From positions 7,338-71,337 of the forward strand of contig JAZRFC010000081.1 of the NCBI GenBank assembly GCA_045661145.1: a stretch of DNA of 64,000 nucleotides, read 5' to 3'. The position numbers were made by a program, and so were the translations under genes. The DNA comes from Clostridia bacterium. GTDB lineage: Bacteria; Bacillota; Clostridia; UMGS1883. Shown piece by piece: positions 40,551 to 50,575 of this stretch (positions are counted from its first letter, which is position 1; each line of letters begins with the position of its first letter). Below the pieces are notes generated by a model. The model had not been told where the DNA came from. It saw only the letters and a list, made by a program, of their open reading frames with translations, and did no database searches.

Positions 40551-41968
40551 ACATAATCTGGACCCCACAACCAAGGCAGAAAGAATTTATGAAACGCAGA
40601 GAACACGAAGCACTCTACGGCGGTGCGGCAGGAGGAGGGAAAAGCGACTGTGCCATTGCCGAGGCACTCCGTCAGGTGCATATCCCTCATTACAGAGGAC
40701 TTATCCTGAGAAAAACATATCCGCAGCTTTCGGAAATGGTGGACAGAAGCAGGGAAATATACCTTCCTGCATTTCCCGATGCAAAGTACAACGACCAGAA
40801 ACACTCCTGGACATTCCCAAGCGGTGCAAAAATATATTTCGGTGCAATGCAGCATACCAAGGACAGAACGAACTATCAGGGTAAAAGGTACGACTTTATT
40901 GACTTTGACGAGCTGACTCATTTTACATGGGATGAATACAGCTATCTGTTTTCCAGAAACCGCCCCAACGGACCGGGGACAAGATGTTACATCCGTGCTC
41001 AGGCAAATCCGGGCGGTATTGGTCACGGATGGGTAAAGGAGAGGTTTATTACGCCTGCTCCGCCTATGACTCCTATTCATGAGGATGTCAAAATAACATT
41101 CCCCGACGGCAAAAGTGAAATAAGACGGCAGAGCAGGGTTTTTGTTCCCTCAAGTATTTTTGACAACAAAATCCTTATGGAAAATGACCCTGAATACATA
41201 ACCCGCCTTGCATCTCTTCCCGAAAATGAGAAAAGGGCGCTTTTATATGGTGATTGGGACAGCTTCTCAGGGCAGGTTTTTACCGAATGGAGAAACAACC
41301 CTGATGGCTACTCCACAAGGAAGAATACCCATGTAATTCCACCTTTCAAAATACCTCATTCGTGGAAAATATACCGTGGCTTTGACTTTGGTTATTCCCG
41401 TCCTTTTTCAGTAGGGTGGTACGGAGTGGACCACGACGGCAGGCTTTACCGCATACGGGAACTTTACGGTTGTACGGGAACTCCAAACGAGGGGGTACGA
41501 TGGGAACCGGGGGAAATTGCAAAAAAAATAAAAGCCATTGAAAACGAGGACATTAACCTTAAGGGAAAATATATATACGGCATAGCCGACCCTTCAATTT
41601 TTGACGAGAGCAGAGGCGAAAGTGTTGCCGTAATGATGGAAAGGCAGGGTATATTCTTCGAAAAGGCTGACAACACCCGTGTTGCAGGAAAAATGCAGCT
41701 TCATAACCGACTTGCCTTTGATGAAAACGGGATACCGATGCTTTATGTTTTCAGCACCTGCAAGCACTTTATAAGAACGATTCCCTCCCTTGTGTATAGC
41801 GAGGTCGATGTGGAGGATATTGACACAACTCAGGAGGACCATATCTATGACGAGGTCAGATACATTGCAATGACAAACCCCATAAATCCGCCGAAAAAAG
41901 AAAGCCCGGTAAAAATATATAACCCATTGGAGGAGGATTCTTACGGAGAATACAATTTTTACAGATAA
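40547..41968 (+). CDS. terL: terminase large subunit
   Basis: 473 aa. Walker A YGGAAGGGKS, Walker B YDFIDFDE, C-terminal nuclease-like region (..DHIYDEVRY). Confidence 0.9.
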   Translation: MNIIWTPQPRQKEFMKRREHEALYGGAAGGGKSDCAIAEALRQVHIPHYRGLILRKTYPQLSEMVDRSREIYLPAFPDAKYNDQKHSWTFPSGAKIYFGAMQHTKDRTNYQGKRYDFIDFDELTHFTWDEYSYLFSRNRPNGPGTRCYIRAQANPGGIGHGWVKERFITPAPPMTPIHEDVKITFPDGKSEIRRQSRVFVPSSIFDNKILMENDPEYITRLASLPENEKRALLYGDWDSFSGQVFTEWRNNPDGYSTRKNTHVIPPFKIPHSWKIYRGFDFGYSRPFSVGWYGVDHDGRLYRIRELYGCTGTPNEGVRWEPGEIAKKIKAIENEDINLKGKYIYGIADPSIFDESRGESVAVMMERQGIFFEKADNTRVAGKMQLHNRLAFDENGIPMLYVFSTCKHFIRTIPSLVYSEVDVEDIDTTQEDHIYDEVRYIAMTNPINPPKKESPVKIYNPLEEDSYGEYNFYR

Positions 41969-41996
41969 TGAAAAAATTGCCGATAAACTTTTAGGA

Positions 41997-42257
41997 GTGC
42001 TTGATGAGGCGATAAACGACAAAAAACAATTCTACCGATATATCGTAAAAGAGAAGAACGGTTCAGACAGCGGAGAAGAGGAGCGTATATTCGGTAAAAT
42101 GGATATGCAGGCACTCAATAATGCCATAAAGGCACTTGACTCCCTGACCGAAATAAAAAAAGTCATAACAGGAGAAACATCCCGTACGGAAACAAACGGA
42201 AAAGAAGAACAGGAAACGGGAGTAGTAATACTTCCCGAAGTGGAGGAAGATGAATGA
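41997..42257 (+). CDS. hypothetical small acidic protein
   Basis: 86 aa ORF between terL and portal. GTG start is uncertain; the end overlaps the portal ATG. Confidence 0.4.
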   Translation: MLDEAINDKKQFYRYIVKEKNGSDSGEEERIFGKMDMQALNNAIKALDSLTEIKKVITGETSRTETNGKEEQETGVVILPEVEEDE

Positions 42258-43894
42258 AATTAACTGAATTTTTAAAGGAAAAAGAAACCGCGTCCTTAAG
42301 GCGGAAAATAGGAAAAGAGGAAATTGCCGTTGCCGCAGGAGTCTTGCGTGATTACAAAAACTCCAAATCGTCTTTGGAGGGAAGAATTATCGAGGATGAA
42401 CAATGGTGGAGATTAAGGCATTGGGAAACTTTTGGAAAGGAGCAGGATAAAGGTAAAACGAAAAGCGTCAGTGCGTGGCTTTTTAACACTATTACAAGTA
42501 AACACGCCGATGCAATGGACTCCTTTCCTGATGCAAGCGTCCTTCCAAGGGCAAGAGATGACGAAGAGGAGGCAAAGCTTCTTTCAGGGATTTTGCCTGC
42601 CCTTATGGAACATAACAATTTCGAAGAAATCTATTCAAACAATTGGTGGTACAAGCTGAAGCACGGATGCTGTGCCTATGGAGTTTTCTGGAACAGCGAG
42701 GCGGAAAACGGCTTAGGTGACATACAGATTAAGAAGATTGACCTTCTTAATATTTTCTGGGAGCCGGGCGTAAACGATATACAAAAAAGCAGAAACCTTT
42801 TTATTGTTGATTTAAAGGATTCGGATGTTCTGGAGAGCGAATACCCCTCTCTCCGCGGAAAGAATCTCGGCAGTGCAATTGATGTAAAGCAGTACATATA
42901 TGACGATACAGTAGATGTATCAAATAAGGTGCTGGTAGTTGATTGGTACTATAAGCTCCGTAATTCCGACGGTAAAACAGTTCTTCATTACTGCAAATTT
43001 GTAGGGGACAATGTACTTTTTGCCTCAGAAAATGAAGAAGAATACAAGGATTGCGGATGGTATGACCACGGCGAATATCCCATAGTCCTTGACAGCCTTT
43101 TTCCCGAGGAGGGAACTCCCGTGGGTTTTGGCTTTGTAGCTGTCACGAAAAATCCGCAGATGTACATTGATAAGCTTAATGATGTTATTTTAGATAATGC
43201 TCTTATGGCGGCAAAACCCAGATATTTTGCTAAAATCTCCGCCGGGGTGAATGAACAAGAATTTTTAGATTGGTCAAGACCTATTGTTCACGTGGAGGGA
43301 GATATAAACGAGGAAAGACTCCGCCCCATTGGTGTCAGTCAGCTCCCTCCTGCCTGCACAAATATCCTGCAGATGAAGATAAACGAACTAAAGGAAACAA
43401 GCTCTAACAGCGACTTTAACCGTGGCAGCGCAGGAGGCGGAGTAACCGCAGCATCAGCCATTGCGGCACTTCAGGAAGCAGGCAATAAAATGAGCCGTGA
43501 TATGCTCAAGGCAACTTACAGGGCATACACCACAATAAATTATTTGTGCATAGAGCTGATTCGTCAGTTCTATACGGAAACAAGGTGTTTTCGCATAACA
43601 ACGGCAGACGGCGGATACAGTTTTTCCGATTACAGTAATAAAAATCTTAAGGCAGTTAAAAACGGGGACAGCCTCTACCGCAAGCCGGTTTTCGATATTG
43701 CGGTGAAAACGCAGAAAAAGAGTCCATACACAAGACTTGCACAGAATGAACTTGCAAAGGAGCTTTTCAGATTGGGGTTTTTCAATCCCCAAAATTCTGC
43801 ATGTGCATTGGCGGCACTTGAAATAATGGACTTTGAGGGTAAACGAGCCGTGGAAGAAAAAATAAGGGAACTTTCACAGAATGAAAGGGTGTAA
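42254..43894 (+). CDS. portal protein
   Basis: 546 aa, position directly after terL and before scaffold and MCP. Size and alpha/beta composition fit a portal. No database check was possible. Confidence 0.75.
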   Translation: MKLTEFLKEKETASLRRKIGKEEIAVAAGVLRDYKNSKSSLEGRIIEDEQWWRLRHWETFGKEQDKGKTKSVSAWLFNTITSKHADAMDSFPDASVLPRARDDEEEAKLLSGILPALMEHNNFEEIYSNNWWYKLKHGCCAYGVFWNSEAENGLGDIQIKKIDLLNIFWEPGVNDIQKSRNLFIVDLKDSDVLESEYPSLRGKNLGSAIDVKQYIYDDTVDVSNKVLVVDWYYKLRNSDGKTVLHYCKFVGDNVLFASENEEEYKDCGWYDHGEYPIVLDSLFPEEGTPVGFGFVAVTKNPQMYIDKLNDVILDNALMAAKPRYFAKISAGVNEQEFLDWSRPIVHVEGDINEERLRPIGVSQLPPACTNILQMKINELKETSSNSDFNRGSAGGGVTAASAIAALQEAGNKMSRDMLKATYRAYTTINYLCIELIRQFYTETRCFRITTADGGYSFSDYSNKNLKAVKNGDSLYRKPVFDIAVKTQKKSPYTRLAQNELAKELFRLGFFNPQNSACALAALEIMDFEGKRAVEEKIRELSQNERV

Positions 43895-43898
43895 AAAT

Positions 43899-44612
43899 AT
43901 GAAGAAAAATGATAAAAAGGATATTATCTCTGCCGAAAGCGCGCAGGCAGAGGGAAATATAAATGCTGAAAAAACTGCGGAAGTCAGCAATCCGCAAACG
44001 GGCGATGAAAAAAGCTTTGCCGCCGGAAGCACAAGGGACAAGGAAAAAGAATTTGATGCCCTCATTGAAAACGAATACAAGGAACAGTTTTCAAAAAAGG
44101 TGCAGAAAATCATCAGCAAAAGACTCAGGGAGGTGAAAAATTTGAAGGAAGAAAATATGAGGAACGCAGAAAACAAGGAAGAAATTCTAAGAAGACTTGC
44201 TCTGGAAAACAACTTCCTTAAGAAGCGTCACGAGAATGAGCTTCAGCTTATGAAGCTTCGTGGCGAGGCGCAGAAACTCAGAAAGCAAGCGGCAGAAACC
44301 AAGGAGGTTTATCCCGAATTTGACTTTGAAAAGGAGATAAAAAATCCTGAATTTATGAGACTTCTCAAGCTTGGTGTAGGTGTTAAAAACGCATACGAGG
44401 TTGCAAATATCGATGCAATCCTTGAAAACAACACAAAAGCTGCGGAAAAAAAGGTCGTTGATTCAATCCGTCTTAAGGGTAACAGACCCGTTGAAAACGG
44501 AAGTGAGGGTGCATCGGGCATTCTTCTTTCTGGCAATGCATCCAAGCTTTCCAGAAAGGAAAGATCAGAGCTTGCAAGAAGAGCTGCCAAGGGCGAAAGA
44601 ATCAGCCTTTAA
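43899..44612 (+). CDS. capsid scaffolding protein
   Basis: About 237 aa, highly charged (K/E-rich) helical protein between the portal and major capsid genes. Confidence 0.7.
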   Translation: MKKNDKKDIISAESAQAEGNINAEKTAEVSNPQTGDEKSFAAGSTRDKEKEFDALIENEYKEQFSKKVQKIISKRLREVKNLKEENMRNAENKEEILRRLALENNFLKKRHENELQLMKLRGEAQKLRKQAAETKEVYPEFDFEKEIKNPEFMRLLKLGVGVKNAYEVANIDAILENNTKAAEKKVVDSIRLKGNRPVENGSEGASGILLSGNASKLSRKERSELARRAAKGERISL

Positions 44613-44640
44613 AAACTATAAAAAAATGGAGGACTAATTA

Positions 44641-45666
44641 ATGTATAAGTTTAATTTGCAGCATTTTGCTGCAGGCGATGTTGTTAATACGACAGCAGGC
44701 ATTACAAATGCCAATACGGGAGAAAACACTCCCTATAACGGAGACGGCGGTCTTTCGGGTGAAATGAAGATTTACTACTCCGACTATCTTATTGATATGG
44801 CGGAACCCAAGCTGGTCCATGACCAGTTCGGTCAGAAGTGCCCTATCCCGCAAAAAGGCGGTAAGACAATTGAATTTCGCAAGTACGACCCTCTTCCCAA
44901 GATGACAACTCCTCTTATGGAGGGCGTTACACCTGAAGGCCAGAAGCTTGATATGAAGACAGTATCTGCAGAGGTTAAGCAGTTCGGCGGTTTCATTGAG
45001 CTTTCCGATATTCTTTTGCTTACAGCCATTGACAATAATCTTGTTCAGGCTACAAAGCTTCTCGGCGGTCAGGCAGGCAGAACTCTTGACACTATTACAA
45101 GAGAGGTTCTTGCGGGCGGTACAAACGTACAGTTTGCAGAAGGTCAGGTTGACAGCCGTGATGCTCTTGTGGGTGGTCAGGAAGAAGGCAACCACTACCT
45201 TACCGTTGATGCGATAAGACGTGCGGTAAGATACCTTAAGAAGATGAATGCCGAAACAATCAACGGCAGTTACGTGGGTATTATTCATCCCGATGCTTCT
45301 TATGACCTTATGAGCGACCCCAAGTGGATAAATGTAAAGACTTACTCCGACCCCGAGGGTATCTATCAGGGAGAAATCGGTAAGATTGAAAATGTCCGCT
45401 TTGTGGAAACCTCCGAAGCAAAGATTTTCGAGGGTGAGGGAAAAGACGGTGTTGATGTGTACGCAACCCTTATCATCGGCGATAATGCTTATGGCACAAC
45501 CGAAATTTCCGGCGGCGGTCTTCAGCATATCGTCAAGCAGCTTGGCTCTGCAGGTACGTCAGACCCTCTCAACCAGCGTGCAACCGCAGGCTGGAAGGCA
45601 ACCAAGGCGGCTGTAAGACTTGTTGAACCCTATATGGTTCGTATCGAAACAGCCTCAAGCTTCTGA
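44641..45666 (+). CDS. major capsid protein (HK97 fold; resembles the N4-gp56-type family from memory)
   Basis: 341 aa. N-terminal (M)YKFNLQHFA motif typical of this MCP family. Strong SD, strongest codon bias in the cluster, hairpin directly downstream. Confidence 0.8.
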   Translation: MYKFNLQHFAAGDVVNTTAGITNANTGENTPYNGDGGLSGEMKIYYSDYLIDMAEPKLVHDQFGQKCPIPQKGGKTIEFRKYDPLPKMTTPLMEGVTPEGQKLDMKTVSAEVKQFGGFIELSDILLLTAIDNNLVQATKLLGGQAGRTLDTITREVLAGGTNVQFAEGQVDSRDALVGGQEEGNHYLTVDAIRRAVRYLKKMNAETINGSYVGIIHPDASYDLMSDPKWINVKTYSDPEGIYQGEIGKIENVRFVETSEAKIFEGEGKDGVDVYATLIIGDNAYGTTEISGGGLQHIVKQLGSAGTSDPLNQRATAGWKATKAAVRLVEPYMVRIETASSF

Positions 45667-45685
45667 TAAAGAACAAAATGAAAAT

Positions 45686-45712
45686 CCATCAGTCGGCAGG
45701 ACCGACTGATGG
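45686..45712 (+). other. 11-bp perfect stem-loop after the capsid gene (no U-tract)
   Basis: CCATCAGTCGG-CAGGA-CCGACTGATGG. Confidence 0.7.
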
Positions 45713-45737
45713 AACATTTGAAAGGAGTAAATAAATT

Positions 45738-46001
45738 ATGGCGACAAATAAAGAAAAAAAGGTTGACGGAAACACATTGGTGGAAATTGAGCTTTTCCGT
45801 GATAACAAGGACTACAAGGACGATGTGTTCGTAGCGGTAAACGGCGAAAGCTGTGTTATTGCACGCGGTAAGAAGGTAATGGTGAAAAAGAAGTTTGCCG
45901 ATGTAATTGCACAGTCTATGAGTCAGGATGTAAAGACAGCAAGACTTATGGATAATAAGTCCGATGAATTTTTCACGGAAGCCACCGCAAGAAACATATA
46001 A
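45738..46001 (+). CDS. hypothetical small virion-associated protein
   Basis: 87 aa with a strong SD (AAAGGAG), between MCP and the collagen-like protein. Confidence 0.55.
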   Translation: MATNKEKKVDGNTLVEIELFRDNKDYKDDVFVAVNGESCVIARGKKVMVKKKFADVIAQSMSQDVKTARLMDNKSDEFFTEATARNI

Positions 46002-46016
46002 AAGGAGGGCTTTTAT

Positions 46017-47138
46017 ATGGCGGGATTCAATTTAGGAAGAATCATAGGTGAAAAGGGCGAAAAGGGCGAAATGGGACCCAAGGGCGATACAGGTGCAAAG
46101 GGTGAAAGAGGCGAAAAAGGAGATAACGGAAAGGACGGATTGACACCCATTTTTTCTGTTGGAAAAGTAGAAACCCTGCTTCCGGGAGAGGATGCATCAG
46201 TAGAAATAGATGTAGCAAATCCTGCCTCCCCTCTACTTAACTTCGGAATTCCTGCAGGAAAGGACGGAAAAGACTCTCTTGGAGATATGATTAAGGCAGT
46301 TTATGATAAAAAAGGTGTAAATACGGATGTTTATGAATATGCCGAAAAACTTTTTGAAAAATGTCTTGAAAAAACAGGGGGGAATATGGCAGGCAGCCTT
46401 ATTGCGGCGGAAGCTCCTCTCACAGAAAGAGCCGTGAGAAACATATCCGTAGGAGTAAAGTTGCCCCAGTCAGGTGCAAACGGAGATATATGCATTATCA
46501 CAAAAGACACTTCTGAAAAAAAGCTTGGAGAGTGTCAGGAAGGAAATGCAGTTATATTAAAAGAAAATGGTAAGGATTGCACCTATATCATTGTAGGACT
46601 GAACCGTCATGCAGAGAACAGCGTTACTTTGGTCAGGGAAGAATTGTGCGGACAAAAGGCTTATTATGATTACGGTAACCGCGGAGAATATTTTATGAGT
46701 GATATAGACAGTTATCTGGAATCAATTCATATATCTGTTTTCCCTGACAAAATAAGAAATTCTCTTTTGTCGGTAGAGGTAGAAGGCGGTTGTTATAGAC
46801 ATTGCTTCCTGCTTAGTCAGTCGGATTTTGCGAATATGAGTTATTTTAATACTAAAAATAACAGAATTGCCAAAATCAACGGTAGCGATACAGCCGGCGA
46901 GTATATGACATCCACCTGCAGCAGTATGAAGAAAATAACCACAATTACCGCAACCGGGGATTTCTCAATAGTAGACACTTATGAAAAAAAGATGTTTCGT
47001 CCTGCAATAGTTTTGCCTTCTGAATTTCCCGTGGAAAACACTTCGGCAAGCTCGCGACCGACAATGAAATTGCCTGATGCTGAAAAAGGAATATATGTAT
47101 TTCTTGACGGTGTGTGGAAGGAGTGCAGCGGAGTATGA
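46017..47138 (+). CDS. collagen-like (GXY repeat) fibre protein
   Basis: 373 aa. 10 uninterrupted G-X-Y triplets near the N-terminus (GEKGEKGEMGPKGDTGAKGERGEKGDNGKDG), then a globular C-terminal part. Confidence 0.75.
   Translation: MAGFNLGRIIGEKGEKGEMGPKGDTGAKGERGEKGDNGKDGLTPIFSVGKVETLLPGEDASVEIDVANPASPLLNFGIPAGKDGKDSLGDMIKAVYDKKGVNTDVYEYAEKLFEKCLEKTGGNMAGSLIAAEAPLTERAVRNISVGVKLPQSGANGDICIITKDTSEKKLGECQEGNAVILKENGKDCTYIIVGLNRHAENSVTLVREELCGQKAYYDYGNRGEYFMSDIDSYLESIHISVFPDKIRNSLLSVEVEGGCYRHCFLLSQSDFANMSYFNTKNNRIAKINGSDTAGEYMTSTCSSMKKITTITATGDFSIVDTYEKKMFRPAIVLPSEFPVENTSASSRPTMKLPDAEKGIYVFLDGVWKECSGV
46047..46139 (+). repeat. coding GXY collagen-like triplet repeat
   Basis: Read directly from the translated sequence. 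Confidence 0.9.
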
Positions 47139-47485
47139 CAATAAATACCGTAATAGAGCAGACATTAAAGCTTCATCCCGATTCGATTTCTGATTCAATA
47201 AAGTGTCGTTGGCTCAGCGAACTTGACGGAAAAATTATACGTGAAACCATGCACAAAAATGACTTTACGCCCTATAAATTTCCGGAAGACGGGGAAAGAG
47301 AGCTTGTAGTCAAAGCTCCTTATGATAATATGTATGAACTGTATCTTATAGCAATGAGCGACTTTTTCAGCGGAGAAATGGCAAACTATTCTGCTTCGGC
47401 GGTACTGTTTGAACAGGCTTATCAGGAGTTCAGGAAGAACTATATCCGTAACAATATGCCGCCGCAGTGTAGTTTTGTGATTTGA
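47135..47485 (+). CDS. hypothetical head-tail connector/adaptor-sized protein
   Basis: ATGA overlap with the upstream gene; about 116 aa. The functional call rests on position only. Confidence 0.5.
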   Translation: MTINTVIEQTLKLHPDSISDSIKCRWLSELDGKIIRETMHKNDFTPYKFPEDGERELVVKAPYDNMYELYLIAMSDFFSGEMANYSASAVLFEQAYQEFRKNYIRNNMPPQCSFVI

Positions 47486-47497
47486 GGAGGGGATAAG

Positions 47498-49273
47498 GTG
47501 CATCTTCCAATATTGAAGAGAGAAAACAGGTATAAACGCAGTATAATAAGTTTCGGAGGATTAAACCTGACAAGTGATTATGCTGAAGGAGAACTTATTG
47601 AATGTAACGGTATAACTCATGGTGAATATCCATTTCTTACCCAAAGGAAAAAAAGAGAAAATGAATTCAGATGTGCTTATCCCTCTGCCGTTATTTTTGA
47701 AAAGAAGGAATGTATTGCGGCTGAAGACGGCCTTTACTATGACCGCAAAAAAGTAGGAGAACTTTCTCCGGGTAAAAAACAGATTGCGGTATTGGGAAGT
47801 AAAATACTGGTTTTTCCTGATAAAATGTATTACGATACAGAGAAAAATGAGTTTAAACACCTCAGCGGAGAAGTATACACAAGCGGTACGGTTACATTTA
47901 CCACTAACAGTATTTCTTTAAAGGATGGCTATTATGAGGAAATACGGCAAATGGAAAAGACAGAGTTTCAAAAAGATATCTCTCTTGTAACCTATCGGGA
48001 AGTTGCTGTAAGCAACAGAAAAATAACATTTTCAGGATTCCTGCCTAAATTGCCGGGTGAACTTAGTGCAGAAACAATAATTTTTGAAAAATGTAACCAA
48101 AACCAGTACCGTGTAGTTACAAGTGTCAACTATAATGAAGAAACAGACTGTTATGAAATTATAAATGAACTTGTGACTATAAAAAACTATACGGGAAATC
48201 TTTTTTCACACTTTAAAGTAGGCGATGTCGTGGAAATCAGCGGATGCAAAAATAAGGTTTATAATAACAAGAGTGCGACGGTAGTGTCTAATCGCGGAAC
48301 ATCTCTCATTTTTTCAGAAGGAACATTTTTAGAGGTGAATGAAGATGAGAGCATAACAATAAAGAGGAAGATTCCTGATTTTGTTTCTGTGTGCACCTAT
48401 GAGAACAGACTGTGGGGTTGCGAAGGAAACACCATATACGCATCCGCATTAGGAGATGCAACCTCGTTTTTCACCTATCAAGGAATATCCACCGACAGTT
48501 TTTCCGTTAAATCTAATTCAGCGGGAGATTTTACGGCGTGTGTAAACTATGGAAACAGTTGTTACTTTTTTAAGGAAACCTCCTGTTACAGGCTTTATGG
48601 TAACCGTCCTGCTAATTTTCAGCTTACTGAAAGCTTTGGTGCAGGCATATTAAAAAGCGATGCGAAAAGCATAGTTACAGCAGGTGACAGACTTATATAT
48701 AAAGGAAACGGCGGTATTTACAGCTTTTATGGGGGAAGCCCAACAAGAATTTCTGATAAGCTGGGGAACATAAAAATGAGAAATGCAACAGCAGGGACTG
48801 ACGGAAAGCTTTATTATATAAGTGCTGATACAGAAAACGGTCGGGAAGAATTTATATGGGATATTGAAAAAAATTTCTGGTGTAAATCCGGAATTAAAGG
48901 TGTCAACGGATATGCTTCTTACGGAGAAAATGTTTTCACCTTTAAAGATGAAGGCATAGAAAAAATCTCGGAAAGTACGGATGATAAGGTTTTGTGGAGC
49001 GTAACGCTGTGTCCTTTTGACGAGAAATACTACAAAACAAAAAACTATTCCAGACTTCATTTGAAAACACAGCTCTTTAAGGGTTCTTTTATCAGTGTGG
49101 ATATTAAATATGATGACAGCAAATGGGAAAACATCGGAAGTTTTCATGGTGAAAGCAAGAGGTATCTCAATATTCCCTGTGTGGTAAAAAAATGTCATGA
49201 ATTCAGTATAAGAATTTCAGGAAAAGGAAAGAGTGTGCTGGAGTCGATAGTAAGAGAATACACGGTAAACTGA
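47498..49273 (+). CDS. large virion protein, beta-propeller-like repeats (candidate tail nozzle/stabilisation protein)
   Basis: 591 aa. GTG start 5 nt after GAGGAGGGG. C-terminal half has repeated ..YG/..G..IY..G.. beta-strand-like segments. The function is an inference from size and position. Confidence 0.55.
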   Translation: MHLPILKRENRYKRSIISFGGLNLTSDYAEGELIECNGITHGEYPFLTQRKKRENEFRCAYPSAVIFEKKECIAAEDGLYYDRKKVGELSPGKKQIAVLGSKILVFPDKMYYDTEKNEFKHLSGEVYTSGTVTFTTNSISLKDGYYEEIRQMEKTEFQKDISLVTYREVAVSNRKITFSGFLPKLPGELSAETIIFEKCNQNQYRVVTSVNYNEETDCYEIINELVTIKNYTGNLFSHFKVGDVVEISGCKNKVYNNKSATVVSNRGTSLIFSEGTFLEVNEDESITIKRKIPDFVSVCTYENRLWGCEGNTIYASALGDATSFFTYQGISTDSFSVKSNSAGDFTACVNYGNSCYFFKETSCYRLYGNRPANFQLTESFGAGILKSDAKSIVTAGDRLIYKGNGGIYSFYGGSPTRISDKLGNIKMRNATAGTDGKLYYISADTENGREEFIWDIEKNFWCKSGIKGVNGYASYGENVFTFKDEGIEKISESTDDKVLWSVTLCPFDEKYYKTKNYSRLHLKTQLFKGSFISVDIKYDDSKWENIGSFHGESKRYLNIPCVVKKCHEFSIRISGKGKSVLESIVREYTVN

Positions 49274-49274
49274 G

Positions 49275-49469
49275 GTGATTTTATTGTTTATGAAGCTTGG
49301 TGATATATCAGGAAAAAGTCCGCAGGAAGCAATCTCAGTTATTGAAAGTTATCTCAGAAACAATCAGGAGCTGCTGGAATATATTCTGACTCACCTTGAC
49401 AGTTCAAATATTATTGAAATTGATTTAAGTAAAACAAACATTTATAAGGGGGAGGAAAATGGGTTATAA
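49275..49469 (+). CDS. hypothetical small protein
   Basis: About 60 aa. Start is ambiguous (TTG at 49284 or ATG at 49290). The end overlaps the next gene. Confidence 0.4.
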   Translation: MILLFMKLGDISGKSPQEAISVIESYLRNNQELLEYILTHLDSSNIIEIDLSKTNIYKGEENGL

Positions 49470-50457
49470 CAAAGAAACCGACTATCAATCAAAAATTAAC
49501 GAGGCAGTATCCAAAGGCGATTACGAAAGTGCAGCAAAGTATGAGCAGAGCAGAAATGAAAAGATTGACGGCGAAAATTTAGGCTACGAAAAGACAAATC
49601 GTTATTCGGGCTGGCTTGATAAAACCGACTATTCAAATGTTCTCAGAAAGCAGATGTCATCAGGAGCATCAAAAAATGATGTTTCCGAAACCTTGAAAAA
49701 GCGTATTTCAAAGGCAACCGGAACAGACGGTCTTACTCAATATGCTTACGATGACGTTTATGACCAGGCAATTCGCTACATAATGGAAAAAAGCTCCTAC
49801 GGAGAAAGACCGCAGTATAAAAATTCCTACGAAAGCGAAATTTCAAAGATTTTGGAAAGACTTACGAAAATAAAAGAATTTTCCTACAATCCATATGAAG
49901 ACGAGCTTTATGAATTTTACAAACAGCAGTATCTTCGTGAAGGAAGCAGGGCAATGGAGGATCTGTTGGGCGAGCTTTCCGCTTCTACGGGAGGTATAGC
50001 ATCAAGCTATGCTGTAAGTGCCGCCGCTCAGGCAAGAGAAAACTATAACCACAAGCTTACAGACAAGATTCCCGAGCTTTATGAGGCTGCATATGAACAA
50101 TACCTTGACGGAATTGATACGGATGAAAGCATCTTAAAAATTATTCAGGCATTGTCAGACGGAGAGTACGAAAAATATCTTGACAGTATGAATATTTACA
50201 ACAAAGACAGAGAGCTTTACAACAAGGAGAGAGAACTCTATAACAAGGAAAAAGAATTTGAGTACAAGGTAAATGCTGCCGAAGAGGAAGATGAATATAA
50301 CCGTAATCAGGACATGATTGATACTGCCCTGACGAAGTGGAAGAATTTAGGCTACCTTGATGAAGAAAGTGCAAAAATATTGGGACTTCCGGCAGGACTT
50401 CATACCACTGACTACGACTATAAGAAAGCACAGCAGTACAAAATTTACAGCAGATAA
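49459..50457 (+). CDS. hypothetical helical virion/internal protein with a 9-aa tandem repeat
   Basis: 332 aa, strong SD. YNKDRELYNKERELYNKEKEF is three tandem 27-nt units at about 50187-50265. Confidence 0.6.
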   Translation: MGYNKETDYQSKINEAVSKGDYESAAKYEQSRNEKIDGENLGYEKTNRYSGWLDKTDYSNVLRKQMSSGASKNDVSETLKKRISKATGTDGLTQYAYDDVYDQAIRYIMEKSSYGERPQYKNSYESEISKILERLTKIKEFSYNPYEDELYEFYKQQYLREGSRAMEDLLGELSASTGGIASSYAVSAAAQARENYNHKLTDKIPELYEAAYEQYLDGIDTDESILKIIQALSDGEYEKYLDSMNIYNKDRELYNKERELYNKEKEFEYKVNAAEEEDEYNRNQDMIDTALTKWKNLGYLDEESAKILGLPAGLHTTDYDYKKAQQYKIYSR

Positions 50458-50512
50458 ATCTGTTTAAAACACAAAAAACCCCGTGTGATGCATCCCGAAA
50501 GTAAAAAACTAC

Positions 50513-50541
50513 TTGCACAAATGCGAGTAATCGAGTATAAT
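50513..50541 (+). promoter_or_regulatory. own promoter of nfnAB
   Basis: TTGCAC (50513-50518), 17 nt spacer, TATAAT (50536-50541). Confidence 0.6.
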
Positions 50542-50575
50542 TGAATTTAGATTGTTTATTAAGGGATGAATTTAT

